64,000 nucleotides of DNA from Macrostomum lignano (Eukaryota), in assembly GCA_002269645.1 (NCBI GenBank), contig NIVC01001558.1, positions 186,001-250,000 on the forward strand, given 5' to 3'. The notes under the pieces were generated by a model, which saw only the letters and a list, made by a program, of their open reading frames with translations, made no database searches and had not been told where the DNA came from. Shown one piece after another: positions 1 to 12,200 of this stretch (positions within the stretch are counted from its first letter, which is position 1; each line of letters starts with the position of its first letter). The position numbers and the translations under genes are program-made.

Positions 1-398
1 CACAATAGCAATCCGGCCCGCTCAATGCTTTTGTCTCTTCTCTCCTCTCTCCCCTCTGCACCTCTCCCCTCTCTCCTCTCCACCCACTCCCCTCTCTCCA
101 CTCCCCTCTCTCCTCTCTCTCCCTATCTCCCCTCTCCTCTCTCTCCCCCCTATCTCCCCTCTCCCCTCTCTCTTCTCCCCCTCTCTCCTCTCTTCTCTCT
201 CTGCTCTCTCCCCTCTGTCTCCTCTCTCCCCTCTATTCTCCCACCTCGCTTCTCCCCCTCTCTCCTCTCTCCACTCTCTCCCTCTCTTCTCTCTCCTCTT
301 TATCTCCCCTCTCTCTTCTCTCCCTTCTCTCGTCTCTCCCCTCTTTTCTCATCTTGTCTCGTTTCTTATCTCCTTTATTCCCTCTCCTTTCCTCTCTA
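1..398 (+). mobile_element. Partial copy of a hAT-like MITE family with a TC-rich interior
   Basis: Window starts cacaatagcaatccggcccgctcaa, matching 24548 (cacaatagcagtgcgggcccgatcaa), followed by the same degenerate TCTC/CCTCT filler. The right TIR is not seen. Confidence 0.6.
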
Positions 399-932
399 AT
401 TTAGGCCGTAGCCATGAGCTGGATTCTCAGCTGGATTCTGAGCTGACCCCTGCTCTAGGAGTATACTTCGATTGACTGTTGCAATTCACTTCAAATTTCA
501 TATCACACTACTTTTCGTATGGCTTGGTTCAACAATATCTACATGTAGCTATATCAAGGCAAAAAAAAAACTAGTGCAAACCTACTTATTTTAGCTGAAA
601 CAATAGCAAATATTGCCGAAATGGGTTCGGGTTATCCCAATCCAGCTGAACAAATCTTTCTGTGGACTGCCATGGGATCTGGTGGGTTCGGTGTATTGGG
701 AAGAATAATATTGCCAATATTCCTATGATCGAGACACGCAAAAGCAGATGAACTATCAGCGAAAGAGAGCTCTATGACAATGTTGGGCTGTGCTACCAGC
801 CTTTCAGCATATTACAAGTATCCACCTGTTCTGCCCATGCAACAGGGGGTGAATGCGGGTTGGTCTCTCTCTCTCTCTTACCCTGCTGTTTGCCTCTCTC
901 AGTGACCACACAGAGGCTTTCACTGGGGTGTA

Positions 933-934
<2 letters not shown>

Positions 935-965
<31 letters not shown>
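935..965. repeat. (GT)n microsatellite
   Basis: Direct reading of about 15 GT units. Confidence 0.9.
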
Positions 966-970
<5 letters not shown>

Positions 971-2173
971 TTGCTGCGATAAAATAGATATTTCACGCTC
1001 CCGTATATCTACCAGGCAGTTGCTGAAATGAGAGCTGGGGAGGCCAGCGAATTGCGAGCATAATGGGGTCTGGGGAATCAACTAGTCTCACTGCATTGTA
1101 AAAATATAGCGAACCTATCACAGCTGGTGGAGTTGACTCAGGCAAAGTGAAGCCCGGGGCAGGAAAGACAGAGCTGGGTTCCCATTGAGCTGTCTGGCGG
1201 AGGTGACAATGGGTCAGTGAATAGCACTTGCACTCCACCCCCCGCTTGTCCCACCCGATCCTAATTGCTGCTGCATTCAGAGCTAAGCAAACGCGCGGTC
1301 ATTGGGATTATAGGAAGTGAGCTGATCATGTTGGGGGTGTTGCATTAATGCGTGTTTATATTCCCCCACGCCAGGAAACTTAAGTCCGGATTCTGGGACA
1401 CATTATTTGGGAGAATATTGCTAGCGTTGAGTGGCAGAGGGCAAATTTTATGCGGGATGGGAATCTTCATAAAAAGCATCTCGTCATCAATAGTGGGCCA
1501 ATGTCCGTAAATTTTCATGCCTCGGAGTTGCATGCATATCCCGCAGGATGCAGTTGACAGTTGGACTAAAGAGAAGCAGCATTAGCGGGGAAATTTTGGA
1601 GAATGACTAATAAATCCTCGAGATTGTAAAACACAAAAAACTGTTGAAATTCTGCGGAAGCAGCCCCCCCCCCAGCATTGCATGTGCCGCTCTCATTTCA
1701 TTATCTGCCTCTTCAGTGCTTTTCCTAATTTCCCCAAGCTATCCACGCTGTCCTTATTGGCGATCCAAATTGAATTCCTGGAGAAAATCACCATGGAAAT
1801 TGGATTTATCTTTTAGATATTTTCGTTTGGGAGTTTGCAATAGTCTGGGATTTCCAAGAATCGCCAATTTCTTCAGCCCCGATAAGGCTCTCAGTGGCTA
1901 TTTGGTCTTGACTGCCATAGCTAGGGATGCTGGAACGGCTTGGCATCTGATTACGCAATCGATCCGAGCAGAAACTGTGCATCGGTGTCTGGGGCAATCA
2001 GTTTTTATTGTGCGCCATTTCCGATTTCGATTGCATTCCTTTCCTGACTTTTTTAGGGCAGAAAAAGCTGACGTAAAATATTTTCTTTAAAAAACTTCTA
2101 CGTTTGAACCGGGATGCATTATCTGTTCTTGTTTTCGATTTTTGTGATGCAATAGTCTGGTAGTGTAAGCCCA

Positions 2174-3420
2174 TGAGAGTAACCGGATAGCATGAGAGTA
2201 GCCAGAATGAGAGTAGCCAGCATGAGAGTAGCCAGCATGAGAGTAGCCAGCATGAGAGTAGCCAGCATGAGAGTAGCCAGCATGAGAGTAGCCAGCATGA
2301 GAGTAGCCAGCATGAGAGTAGTCAGTGTGCGAGTAGCCAGCATGAGAGTAGTCGGTGTGAGAGTAGCCAGCATGAGAGTAGTCAGTGTGAGAGTAGCCAG
2401 AATTAGAGTAGTCAGTGTGAAAGTAGTCAGTGTGAGAGTAGTCAGTGTGAGAGTAGTCAGTGTGAGAGTAGTCAGTGTGAGAGTAGTCAGTGTGAGAGTA
2501 GCCAGCATGAGAGTAGTCAGTGTGCGAGTAGCCAGCATGAGAGTAGTCAGTGTGAGAGTAGCCAGCATGAGAGTAGTCAGTGTGAGAGTAGCCAGAATGA
2601 GAGTAGTCAGTGTGAGAGTAGTCAGTGTGAGAGTAGTCAGTGTGAGAGTAGTCAGTGTGAGAGTAGTCAGTGTGAGAGTAGTCAGTGTGAGAGTAGTCAG
2701 TGTGAGAGTAGCCAGCATGAGAGTAGTCAGTGTGAGAGTAGCCAGAATGAGAGTAGCCAGCATGAGAGTAGTCAGTGTGAGAGTAGCCAGAATGAGAGTA
2801 GTCAGTGTGAGAGTAGTCAGTGTGAGAGTAGTTAGTGTGAGAGTAGTCAGTGTGAGAGTAGCCAGAATGAGAGTAGTCAGTGTGAGAGTATCCAGAATGA
2901 GAGTAGTCAGTGTGAGAGTAGCCAGCATGAGAGTAGTCAGTGTGAGAGTAGCCAGAATGAGAGTAGTCAGTGTGAGAGTAGCCAGTATGAGAGTAGTCAG
3001 TGTGAGAGTAGTCAGTGTGAGAGTAGTCAGTGTGAGAGTAGCCAGAATGAGAGTAGTCAGTGTGAGAGTAGTCAGTGTGAGAGTAGCCAGCATGAGAGTA
3101 GCCAGCATGAGAGTAATCAGTGTGAGAGTAGCCAGCATGAGAGTAATCAGTGTGAGAGTAGCCAGCATGAGAGTAGCCAGCATGTGAGTAGTCAGTGTGA
3201 GAGTAGCCAGCATGAGAGTAATCAGTGTGAGAGTAGCCAGCATGATAGTAGCCAGCATGATAGTAGTCAGTGTGAGAGTAGCCAGAATGAGAGTAGTCAG
3301 TGTGAGAGTAGCCAGAATGAGAGTAGCCAGCATAAGAGTAGCCAGCATGAGAGTAACCAGCATGAGAGTAGCCAGCACGAGAGTAGCCAGCATGAGAGTA
3401 GTCAGTGTGAGAGTAGCCAG
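2174..3420. repeat. 15-bp minisatellite (gagagtagccagcat / gagagtagtcagtgt), about 80 units
   Basis: Direct tandem repeat. It explains the RVASM, LATLM and ESSQH repetitive ORFs. It lies in the first intron of the protocadherin. Confidence 0.95.
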
Positions 3421-3514
3421 GCTAAGTACACAGGTTAAAAAATCTAAGTTGTTTTAAATATTAAAAGTCACACGCAGGCCTGCTGCAAACAGGCGAATCT
3501 GTGAAGCCTCTCAC

Positions 3515-3831
3515 CTGCACTGGGGAGGATTATCTGGGCACAGAGCCTCCCTGTCGATGCGTCCCTTGACCCGAATGTCACCGGAGTCGGGGTCCACTTC
3601 GAACAGGTCCGCCCTCTGTTCCTGGCGGGCCTTGTGGAAAATGCGGAACTTCTTCCCAGTGGTGGGTATCTTGTGCAGGTCGTAGTGCAGAGCCTTCACA
3701 TTGCCGATGACTGTGCCGTTGGCCAGCTCCTCGTTAATGCTGATCTCCAAGGCGCTTGACACTGTTGAGCGCCAGCAGAGGATGCAAGCGATCACCATTG
3801 CCGCGTTGGTGGCTTTGGGAATTCTGGCCAT
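3515..3831 (-). CDS. Protocadherin-like cadherin, first coding exon (signal peptide + EC1); the rest of the gene lies left of the window
   Basis: Hydrophobic leader, then ALEISINEELANGTVIGNV...FEVDPDSGDIRVKGRIDREALC, the protocadherin EC1 pattern (EE..GT.IGN, IDRExLC). Donor AG|GTGAGA at 3515/3514; upstream acceptor TTTCAG near 3855. Confidence 0.85.
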
Positions 3832-3934
3832 TCTGGCCTGAGTAGCGAAGGACTGAAATTGGAGATGTGCATGGCTAAATTACCGATAGTTTGCGGCTTG
3901 TCCACAAAAAATTAAACTGGGAAACCCATGAAGG

Positions 3935-4140
3935 CCACCCCCCAAGACACAGAGAGTGTACATGCCGATGATTAGAAAGCCAGGTTCGCTGTACACCCCG
4001 TGTGAGCGTGTGTGTGAGTGCGTGATTGCATGTCAGCGGATCGGGCAGAATTGCCTCACCGCTTGTTACGGGACGAGGTCTCCGAAGGCGTTGCGCCAGG
4101 GTGCTGTCCCGCGATTATTATTGTTATTATTAATAATTCA
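3935..4140 (+). mobile_element. SINE family B, 5'-truncated copy with an (ATT)n tail
   Basis: Shares gtacatgcc...gctgtacacc..gtgtgagcgtgtg...gcgccagggtgc with the copies at 18195, 20590, 49846, 50545 and 55190. Confidence 0.6.
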
Positions 4141-4726
4141 TTTGATACTCACAATGGAAGAAATCTCTATCTGCTTTGATGAACTACTATCTGAATGCTT
4201 TTGCTTTGTTCTGCTTTATTTGCTTGTCCGCGGGATTCAAACTCGCAGCTTTTCTCTGGTTGATAAGCGAACTTTCGGGACCATGGAAAATTCTCTGCAG
4301 TAGAAGTTATAAACCTCCATGCTGCTCTCCCTTTTTGCCCGCAGCCTATAGGAGGGTGGGGCAAGCATTCATCCGCATGCCGCAATAACCACTGCGGATT
4401 CACTGGTCCCAAAATGGCAGTAAAACACAGCGACCAATCAGCTGCGGACTCGGAGAGAGCCCTGCGTCGGATCTTGGGCTAAGCTGTTCTGTTAAGCTGT
4501 AACAGTTCCACTGGGCCGAGGAGAAGGCAGAAGAACAGGTTTAATTTCTGCCGGCTTGCCTGGAAACCCAGCCTGCTCCTAAAGACTTTATGGGCCTCAT
4601 GGGTGATAACAAGGGCTTCCGTGTCAGATTTCAGATTGTTTCGAATAAGCAGTCACCCCATCTTTGTTGCTCTATTTTTGTCTGAGTCACTTCTTTCTCA
4701 TGGCTGAAATTCCATGGCTGAAAGGG

Positions 4727-5553
4727 GGAGTTGCTGAGATGCCATGGCTCAATGAGAGTTGCTGAGATGCCATGGCTCAATGGGGAGTTGCTGAGATGCC
4801 ATGGCTCAATGAGAGTTGCTGAGATGCCATGGCTCAATGGGGGTTGCTGAGATGCCATGGCTCAATGAGAGTTGCTGAGATGCCATGGCTCAATGAGAGT
4901 TGCTGAGATGCCATGGCTCAATGGGAGTTGCTGAGATGCCATGGCTCAATGAGGGTTGCTGAGATGCCAAGGCTCAATGAGAGTTGCTGAGATGCCAAGG
5001 CTCAATGGGGAGTTGCTGAGATGCCAAGGCTCAATGAGAATTGCTGAGATGCCATGGCTCAGGGGGAGTTGCTGAGATGCCATGGCTCAATGGGAGTTGC
5101 TGAGATGCCATGGCTCAATGGGGAGTTGCTGAGATGCCATGGCTCAATGGGGAGTTGCTGAGATGCTATGGCTCAATGGGGAGTTGCTGAGATGCTATGG
5201 CTCAATGGGGAGTTGCTGAGATGCCATGGCTCAATGAGAGTTGCTGAGATGCCATGGCTCATAAGGAAGTTGCTGAGATGCCATGGCTCAATGAGAGTTG
5301 CTGAGATGCCATGGCTCATAAGGAAGTTGCTGAGATGCCATGGCTCAATGGGAGTTGCTGAGATGCCATGGCTCAATGGGAGTTGCTGAGATGCCATGGC
5401 TCAATGGGAGTTGCCGAGATGCCATGGCTCAATGGGAGTTGCCGAGATGCCATGGCTCAGGGGGAGTTGCTGAGATGCCATGGCTCAATTGGGGGTTGCT
5501 GAGATGCCATGGCTCAGGGGGAGTTGCTGAGATGCCATGGCTCAGGCGGAGTT
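4727..5553. repeat. 27-29-bp minisatellite (gagttgctgagatgccatggctcaatga), about 29 units
   Basis: Direct tandem repeat. Confidence 0.95.
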
Positions 5554-6159
5554 GCTCCCATACGAGAACAGGACCTGCTCAAAGTGCCATGTATAGGGGG
5601 TAGAAATTTAAGTTCACTTCCTGTTTAAATGTAGTTTGAACTTTTACAGTGCTATACGTGATCAATTTGAGCAGGAAATCCCGGATAATGTTTCGAATTT
5701 TAAAGCCTTACTGAAGAAGATAAGGCGTTTATTTTAGCTAATGACTCAATAAGATAGAGCCATTGTGGAAATTCAAGCTACCGTTGCATGAGTACTTAAT
5801 TTAGCGTATTTTTACGTTGGTTTTATCAGTTTGCCTCAAATATTATCACAAAAAGACACTACCCATTTAATAAAAATAAACAATAATAATAATAATAATA
5901 ACATATAAAGCCTCCATAATCTGCCAATGCAAAGATGCTGCTTGTACTTTCAGTTCATGCCATCCCTTTGATTTCCAAAATCGTTGATTTATTTTAATCA
6001 TCGGGCCTTATCCGGTTGCCAATCAAATGCGTGCTCAATAGTGTGCTCAATAATGCGGCATGCGATCCCGACTTCATCTGTAGGGATGCTAGGAATTCTT
6101 CTCCTCCGTTTACAAGCCGTTGCCAATCAAATAAATGTAATTGCCATTGGCATTGATAT

Positions 6160-6258
6160 ATTCCTGCACGGTCACGAGTGCGGGAATGACATCTGCACGA
6201 GTGCGCGCTAGCGCACGAGTGCACGATGTCCTTCACGCACGAGTGACCGTGAAGGAAT
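6160..6258 (+). other. About 100-bp imperfect palindrome containing four CACGAGTG octamers
   Basis: Left arm attcctgcacggtcacgagtgcgggaatgacatctgcacgagtgcgc pairs with right arm gcgcacgagtgcacgatgtccttcacgcacgagtgaccgtgaaggaat. Loop GCTA. Confidence 0.8.
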
Positions 6259-8639
6259 TCCATTGTCGGATGATTCATCGTGCAGGAATGCACAAAACCG
6301 TGCAGGAATGCATTTCTGCGCCTAATGCTTTTTCAGTGAGATTTTACCATAGACATCCATTCCTGCACGCAAAAGAGTGCAAGAATGCCATTCTTGCATG
6401 GAAAATCAGCCGACAATGACTAACGATTTTGATATTCACTAATACTTGTTTTACCATAGACTCCGTCCTCACAAACCCTGATCCCCACTGTGCAAGTTCC
6501 ATAGACAAAAACGCATTTCCCGGGCCTTGTTTGGTTAAACCCGAATGTACTTCTCGCGCACTCGTGTTTAGGTAGTTGCCGCACTCAAAAGGCAGGGTTA
6601 CAGATAACTCATTATAAATTTGATGATTCAAAGCCTTCGCCGACAGGAAATGAAACATCAAACACAGCTAGTCGGCTTTTCGAAAAGCAGAATGAACAAT
6701 CAGCCTATTGCTGCTGGTGTTGATCTCGGCTCAGGATAATCCGATATTATTAATACACTGCTACCATAAAAAATTCACCTGCAACTGCAGCTGCATGCTG
6801 TGTTTGAGGTTTGAGGAGCTAAGGCGCCCCACCTCACTTCAGGGGACAGCTGCTCGCCCACCGAACCGGAGATTCGGCACCATGACTGACAAGCGTGTCA
6901 AACAGGTGCTATTTATGTGCGCGCGAAATTCGCTTTATCCGTGCCGAACCAATTCGGTCCGAAAGACACGTCGGATATGACACTTAAAGTCTAAAGAAAT
7001 GCACTAGTATTTTGCCACTTTACGAAACTTTGAAGTTTGAAAACCCTCCCTCTAGTCGCTATTATTTTAGAAGTCGTAAATTTTAGTTCCTTGCCAAGTC
7101 ATCTGCTTTGAAGCGGGTGAAACACAGGCATGAATAAAAACGCTCACTCAGAGTAAGCGAAGAGCTTTAGAAAGCTTCTTTAACTGCACTGCAAATCCCC
7201 TGATGCAGCACAGACATCCCGGAAGTTTAAGTTGGGCTAGGAAACTTTTTCGGGAGCTGACTCGGCCCCCCGTGGCCTCTTGACTCTCCCTGCAGCATCC
7301 CCTCCCGATTGAAGCAGCCAGACTTCGCTTTCCGCTGGGGAGACCATTTTCTTTGTTCCCCAAATCCCCCCATTGTCTGAAAGGCCGGATGCGCTGCAGT
7401 CGCGCCAGCTACCTGGGTTATTGCGCCGCCCAGAAAGCTGCTGTCGAAGCGTACGGAACTTCATCCGTCCATTGCTTCTGATTAGTTCAGTCCCTTCGTG
7501 AGCGCCACAATTGTGTTATTTTTTTATCACCGCTTCGTCCCAGTTCCATTTCCTCATCTCATGCGGATCGGCAGTGGAGCAAGAGAGCAGACTGAGCCGC
7601 ATGGAGAGATGGCGGAGAGATGAAAGCTGAGAGGGGGAGGGGCAAAGGGCAACCAGTGGGCCAGAATTTCGATCCGAATTGTCTCACGCATTCAGTTTCA
7701 GACCGATTCCCACGCGCGCAGTTATTCAGCTTGCGCTAGCCGGCTAGGAGAGAAACTGCGCGACAGAGCGGCTCTGATCAAGCGGAATCGAGTTTCTGTT
7801 TCTCCAGGCACAGCTGCCTGCAGCTGGGCATTGCAACAAACGATACAGCCTAGAATTTGCCTGCCTCCATTGGCGGATTCTAGTAGCACTTTCGCACATC
7901 AGGATCTGGCCTGGTTGCTATGCGCGCATCATTCATCTGCGGAACCGCGATGTACCGAAATGATCTCAGTGTAGAAAAGTTATGTGGAATTGTAAAGATT
8001 GCAAGCTCTTGGGCTGTAGCGCTTTTCTACTTGAAAGTTTTTGGCGAGTTCCAGCGAGTTGCCTCTTTGTCTTTCCGGGATTGCGGAGGGTTTTAGGCTG
8101 GAGCAGCGATCTAATCAGCTGGAAGAGAGGCCCCAAAGTCAATCTGGGCTACTATAGGGATTGAAAGGGTTAAAGCTGGGACGGGGCAAAAACAAAATTT
8201 ATTGCCCACGGTGTAGGCTCATTATGCATGGGGGTTGGTGCAGGCCAATGAGACTTGAGCTCTAATGAGCAGCTTCCGTTTGTGATGGGAGAAATGATCG
8301 GAATTGAAAACTGCTATCAAGGGAGCTCTAGATTTGCTGGATTTCCCGATTCCTTCCGGTGCTGCATCACAGCTCGGAATCAGGGCTGCTTTTTAGTTTG
8401 CTAGCCTAGAGTTGGTTAGGTTTCCAGTTCCGCTTTTGTGATTTGTAAAGATCCAACCATTGGCCCACAGGCTGCCTGTATTTTCACTGCATTTTACTGA
8501 ATCGCATATCTGTATGGTTCAAAAACTAAATTTCTTTGCACTAATGAACTGAAAAGCACAACTAAAGAAAGTACATTCGCTCAGAATATCACTCGGATGC
8601 TAGAAGAAGAGTACGAGTGGCGAAGTGGTAAGGCGGGCG

Positions 8640-9263
8640 ACACAGTCCCTGGGCTGACCGGTCGCATTAATCTGGGGTCTCTCGCCATAGTCCTTGGGCT
8701 GACCGGTCGCATTAATCTGGGGTCTCTCGCCACAGTCCCTGGGCTGACCGGTCGCATTAATCTGGACTCTCTCGCCACAGTCCTTGGGCTGACCGGTCGC
8801 ATTAATCTGGGGTCTCTCGCCACAGTCCTTGGGCTGACCGGTCGCATTAATCTGGGGTCTCTCGCCACAGTCCTTGGGCTGACCGGTCGCATTAATCTGG
8901 GGTCTCTCGCCACAGTCCTTGGGCTGACCGGTCGCATTAATCTGGACTCTCTCGCCACAGTCCTTGGGCTGACCGGTCGCATTAATCTGGGGTCTCTCGC
9001 CACAGTCCTTGGGCTGACCGGTCGCATTAATCTGGGGTCTCTCGCCACAGTCCTTGGGCTGACCGGTCGCATTAATCTGGGGTCTCTCGCCACAGTCCCT
9101 GGGCTGACCGGTCGCATTAATCTGGACTCTCTCGCCACAGTCCTTGGGCTGACCGGTCGCATTAATCTGGGGTCTCTCGCCACAGTCCCTGGGCTGACCG
9201 GTCGCATTAATCTGTGGTCTCTCGCCACAGTCCCTGGGCTGACCGGTCGCATTAATCTGGGGT
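8640..9263. repeat. 45-bp minisatellite (cacagtccttgggctgaccggtcgcattaatctggggtctctcgc), about 14 units
   Basis: Near-perfect tandem repeat. It explains ORFs 8581-9678 (-) and 8597-9328 (+). Confidence 0.95.
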
Positions 9264-12200
9264 CTGCGAGTTCTGCGAATTCTGCAAATGATTTTGATGA
9301 AACTTTCCTACCTACTGATTCCCAATGAGCGCAATCACTTGTGAGGTAGGACCCAATTTGGCTAGCAATATTCGTAACTGTTGACGGCTTCAACTTTCGG
9401 GGGCAAGACCTGCTTTGTTGGAGCTCATCGGGCGATGTTTGAGTTTTGCCTCGGGCCGGGTTAAAATGAGCAAACATTATGATGGAGAGTCCACTCACTG
9501 CGTGGGGGCCAAGTCGGCTCAGTTTTCCCAACGGCAAGTCTTCATGGCTTGTGCTGCAGAAGTCTCTTCTTCCCTCAGTCCACACAGCGCGAATAAATCC
9601 AGGCAAAGGAGCCAACATATTAAAAAGCCAAGCACCCATCCCATCGGCTGCTCCAACTCCTTTGAGCAATGCTAACAACAGGTGGCTGGGGATCCAGCAG
9701 TTCCCATGGATTTTTGCACTGGGTGCTCCTTTTTGGATTGCCCAGTCCCAGTTCTGCTTGTGACTGTGAGGCGGGTCTATGATTATACTGTAGGAAAATA
9801 CCTCACAAATCCTAAATATCGGTGCCCTGTTCTCCTTCCTGTAGGATATTTTATTATACTGTCAAGCTATTCATAACTATAACATTGATAAATGCGCTCC
9901 CATTGCAAGCCTGAGTTAGTCATGGCAAATTTTTATCATCCAAACTAAAGAAATACCTCAACGGCTCCGATCAGAGGCGGTCATCGTCTGTCCGAGCGGG
10001 TTTATCAAATCTCCGTGCAGTCACAGAAGGGATGACAGAGACGCTGGCTACAGGGGGACCCCACGCCGCGCTGGGATGAAGGGAGGACAGGCGGCCCCAA
10101 CTTTTTTGCATCAAATGCCGTTCAAATAATGCGCAGGCTTGCCGCGACACATGGATAGCTATTGCACTGGAGCTGTGTTTTCCTGTGCAATAGATGGGCA
10201 GAGGCAGATACCGCAGAATAGAAAAACAACACAGTACCGAGGGACAAGCAACTTTTGTGGAAGGTGCCGGCCTGAAAGGTGCGGAGACGCCGGTATTTGG
10301 TTAATTGAGACTGACTGTACCAAACTGGGCGCTGCTGTCTCCGGGCAGGCGGTTCCTCCCATACTTACCTCTATATGGGCCTCGGTAACAGGCCTTGTTG
10401 GCTAAAGGACGCCAGCTAGTCAGGGGCTCCCATCTGACTGACTGCAGCACAAGTTTCTCCTTAGTAGCTTTTCCCGTGGCATGCGCGCCCCAACCCCATG
10501 CTGTGCCGTGGGGGGGGGGCTTCTCAGGGTCTAGAGGTCTACAAAGGGACTAAATAGAAAATACTCGTGACGGTGCCAATCTTGTTGCTAAGCCGGCTGA
10601 ACAGAGTGCAATATACAGTTAAACTGCGCGTCTGCAACTTCTGCATTCATGCGAGCAAGAAGTTTTCACAGCAACTAACCTAAGCAACAGTTGCTTAACG
10701 GGCACAGACCCCAATTAATGTCGGGTGACGAGATTACAGCCAGCTCAGATTTTGCATTTCGATTTCCTTGAAAGATATTTTTCGATAAGCCATATCAGGT
10801 CTGCAAAAGTGACTATAGTTTTTTTCAGTTGCCATTGCTACGTATCGAATTTCCGCGAGCTGTGTTGCCACGTACTCAATTCGATGGCTGCCACATGCGG
10901 TGACATATCAGACTGGTATTTCCTGAACTCGGTACAGTACTATGCTAAGCTGCACTCGATATCTTATAGTCGAAACGGAGTGGCAATTTAAAGAGCGAGT
11001 GGCAGAAGAGGAATTATCCATACGAGTGTAGTAGCGTTATCTGGGACCAGCGCTGCAGGTACATGTAGGGCCTTAGGAGAGGATCTACCAGGCAGTTTTA
11101 GATACGGGCGTAGATAAGCAAGTCCTGTGAAGCCCTGCAAGTGTATTTTGCGTTTCTTTTAAAATAACAAGCATACTTATTATTTGTAGCATTGCGCTGC
11201 AGGGTCAGCACCTAAAGAGAGAATTATTGCTCCATAATGTGGCAAAATGAGAGTTATAATGCAGTTTTGAAAGCCAGTTGGTTAATCTGCAAAACTATTC
11301 AAGCCGTTAACCGGGGCCATAAACATAAGAGTCTGTTGCTAGCCAACAACTCGACCTGAGCTTTCCAAAATACCGCAGCAGATGCGTGAGAAATTTCCCA
11401 TGTTGAGCAGTTGACTCATTCAAGCAGCTAATGGGCATGTAACAATGCTCAGAAGCGTGCGGCAGGAACTGTAAACTAATCATTTAGCTAGCTGTTTATA
11501 AAGAATTAAGGAAAATTTATTTGAATCTTTCAATGGGGTTGCCCGACCGACAAATCATTGCTTTTCTCCGGAATTGTAGCAGAAAGTCTTGACAGCAGAA
11601 AGATTGACTGGTCTCTTTTTATGGTCTAGCCCACAGCTTAGACCCACTTCAAGTCATTTTTCCTCACTTTCTGTCCTCCTCCAGCAACTGGGACAACCCA
11701 TCCGCGGGCTCTGATTTCTTGCATGCCGGATGCAGCGGCCCCCGCTTTGTCAACTCTGACACTCTGCGCATTGGGACAGCGGATGGCGGGGATATGAAGG
11801 AGGATCCGTTTGCAGCACGGATTGATTGCGCTGGGTGGTTGCGCAGTTTTGCATCCCTCCAGCTGCCCCCCCACGAATCGCACTGCAGCAGTCTGAGTGC
11901 TTTAGCCGCACGGCACCGCCATTCTTCAAGGACCCCCTTGACCGAACAGTTTAAATTGATTGTTTATTGGATACCGCGAATCTCGAGGTATTCGTCTAGC
12001 ATTTATCTTTTAGCCTTTTAGCATGGAGACCGCCTACAGCTGCTGTAATATAAGCTGTGTGCTTTCTTCTGTGCGCATCTTTTACGTTTTTAATATATAT
12101 TTAACCTTATGATTTTATCGTATAATTATGTTTGCTAAATACGCCTATACACTGCTTCAAGTACATCTTGTCTAATCAGTGTACACAAAGCGTGCAAGTT

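Noticed and set aside
2119-3457. Long ORFs on both strands (424 aa, 331 aa)
   Set aside because: They are translations of a stop-free 15-bp repeat inside an intron, with no splice or domain support.
8640-9263. Regular repeats as a possible CRISPR array (also 55949-57578)
   Set aside because: No unique spacers and no cas genes, in a eukaryotic context.
8581-9678. 365-aa and 243-aa ORFs
   Set aside because: Driven by the 45-bp array; the unique flanks resemble no known protein.
10361-10370. ATACTTACCT, identical to the U1 snRNA 5' end
   Set aside because: The downstream sequence is not U1; it is better read as the reverse complement of a donor site AG|GTAAGTAT.
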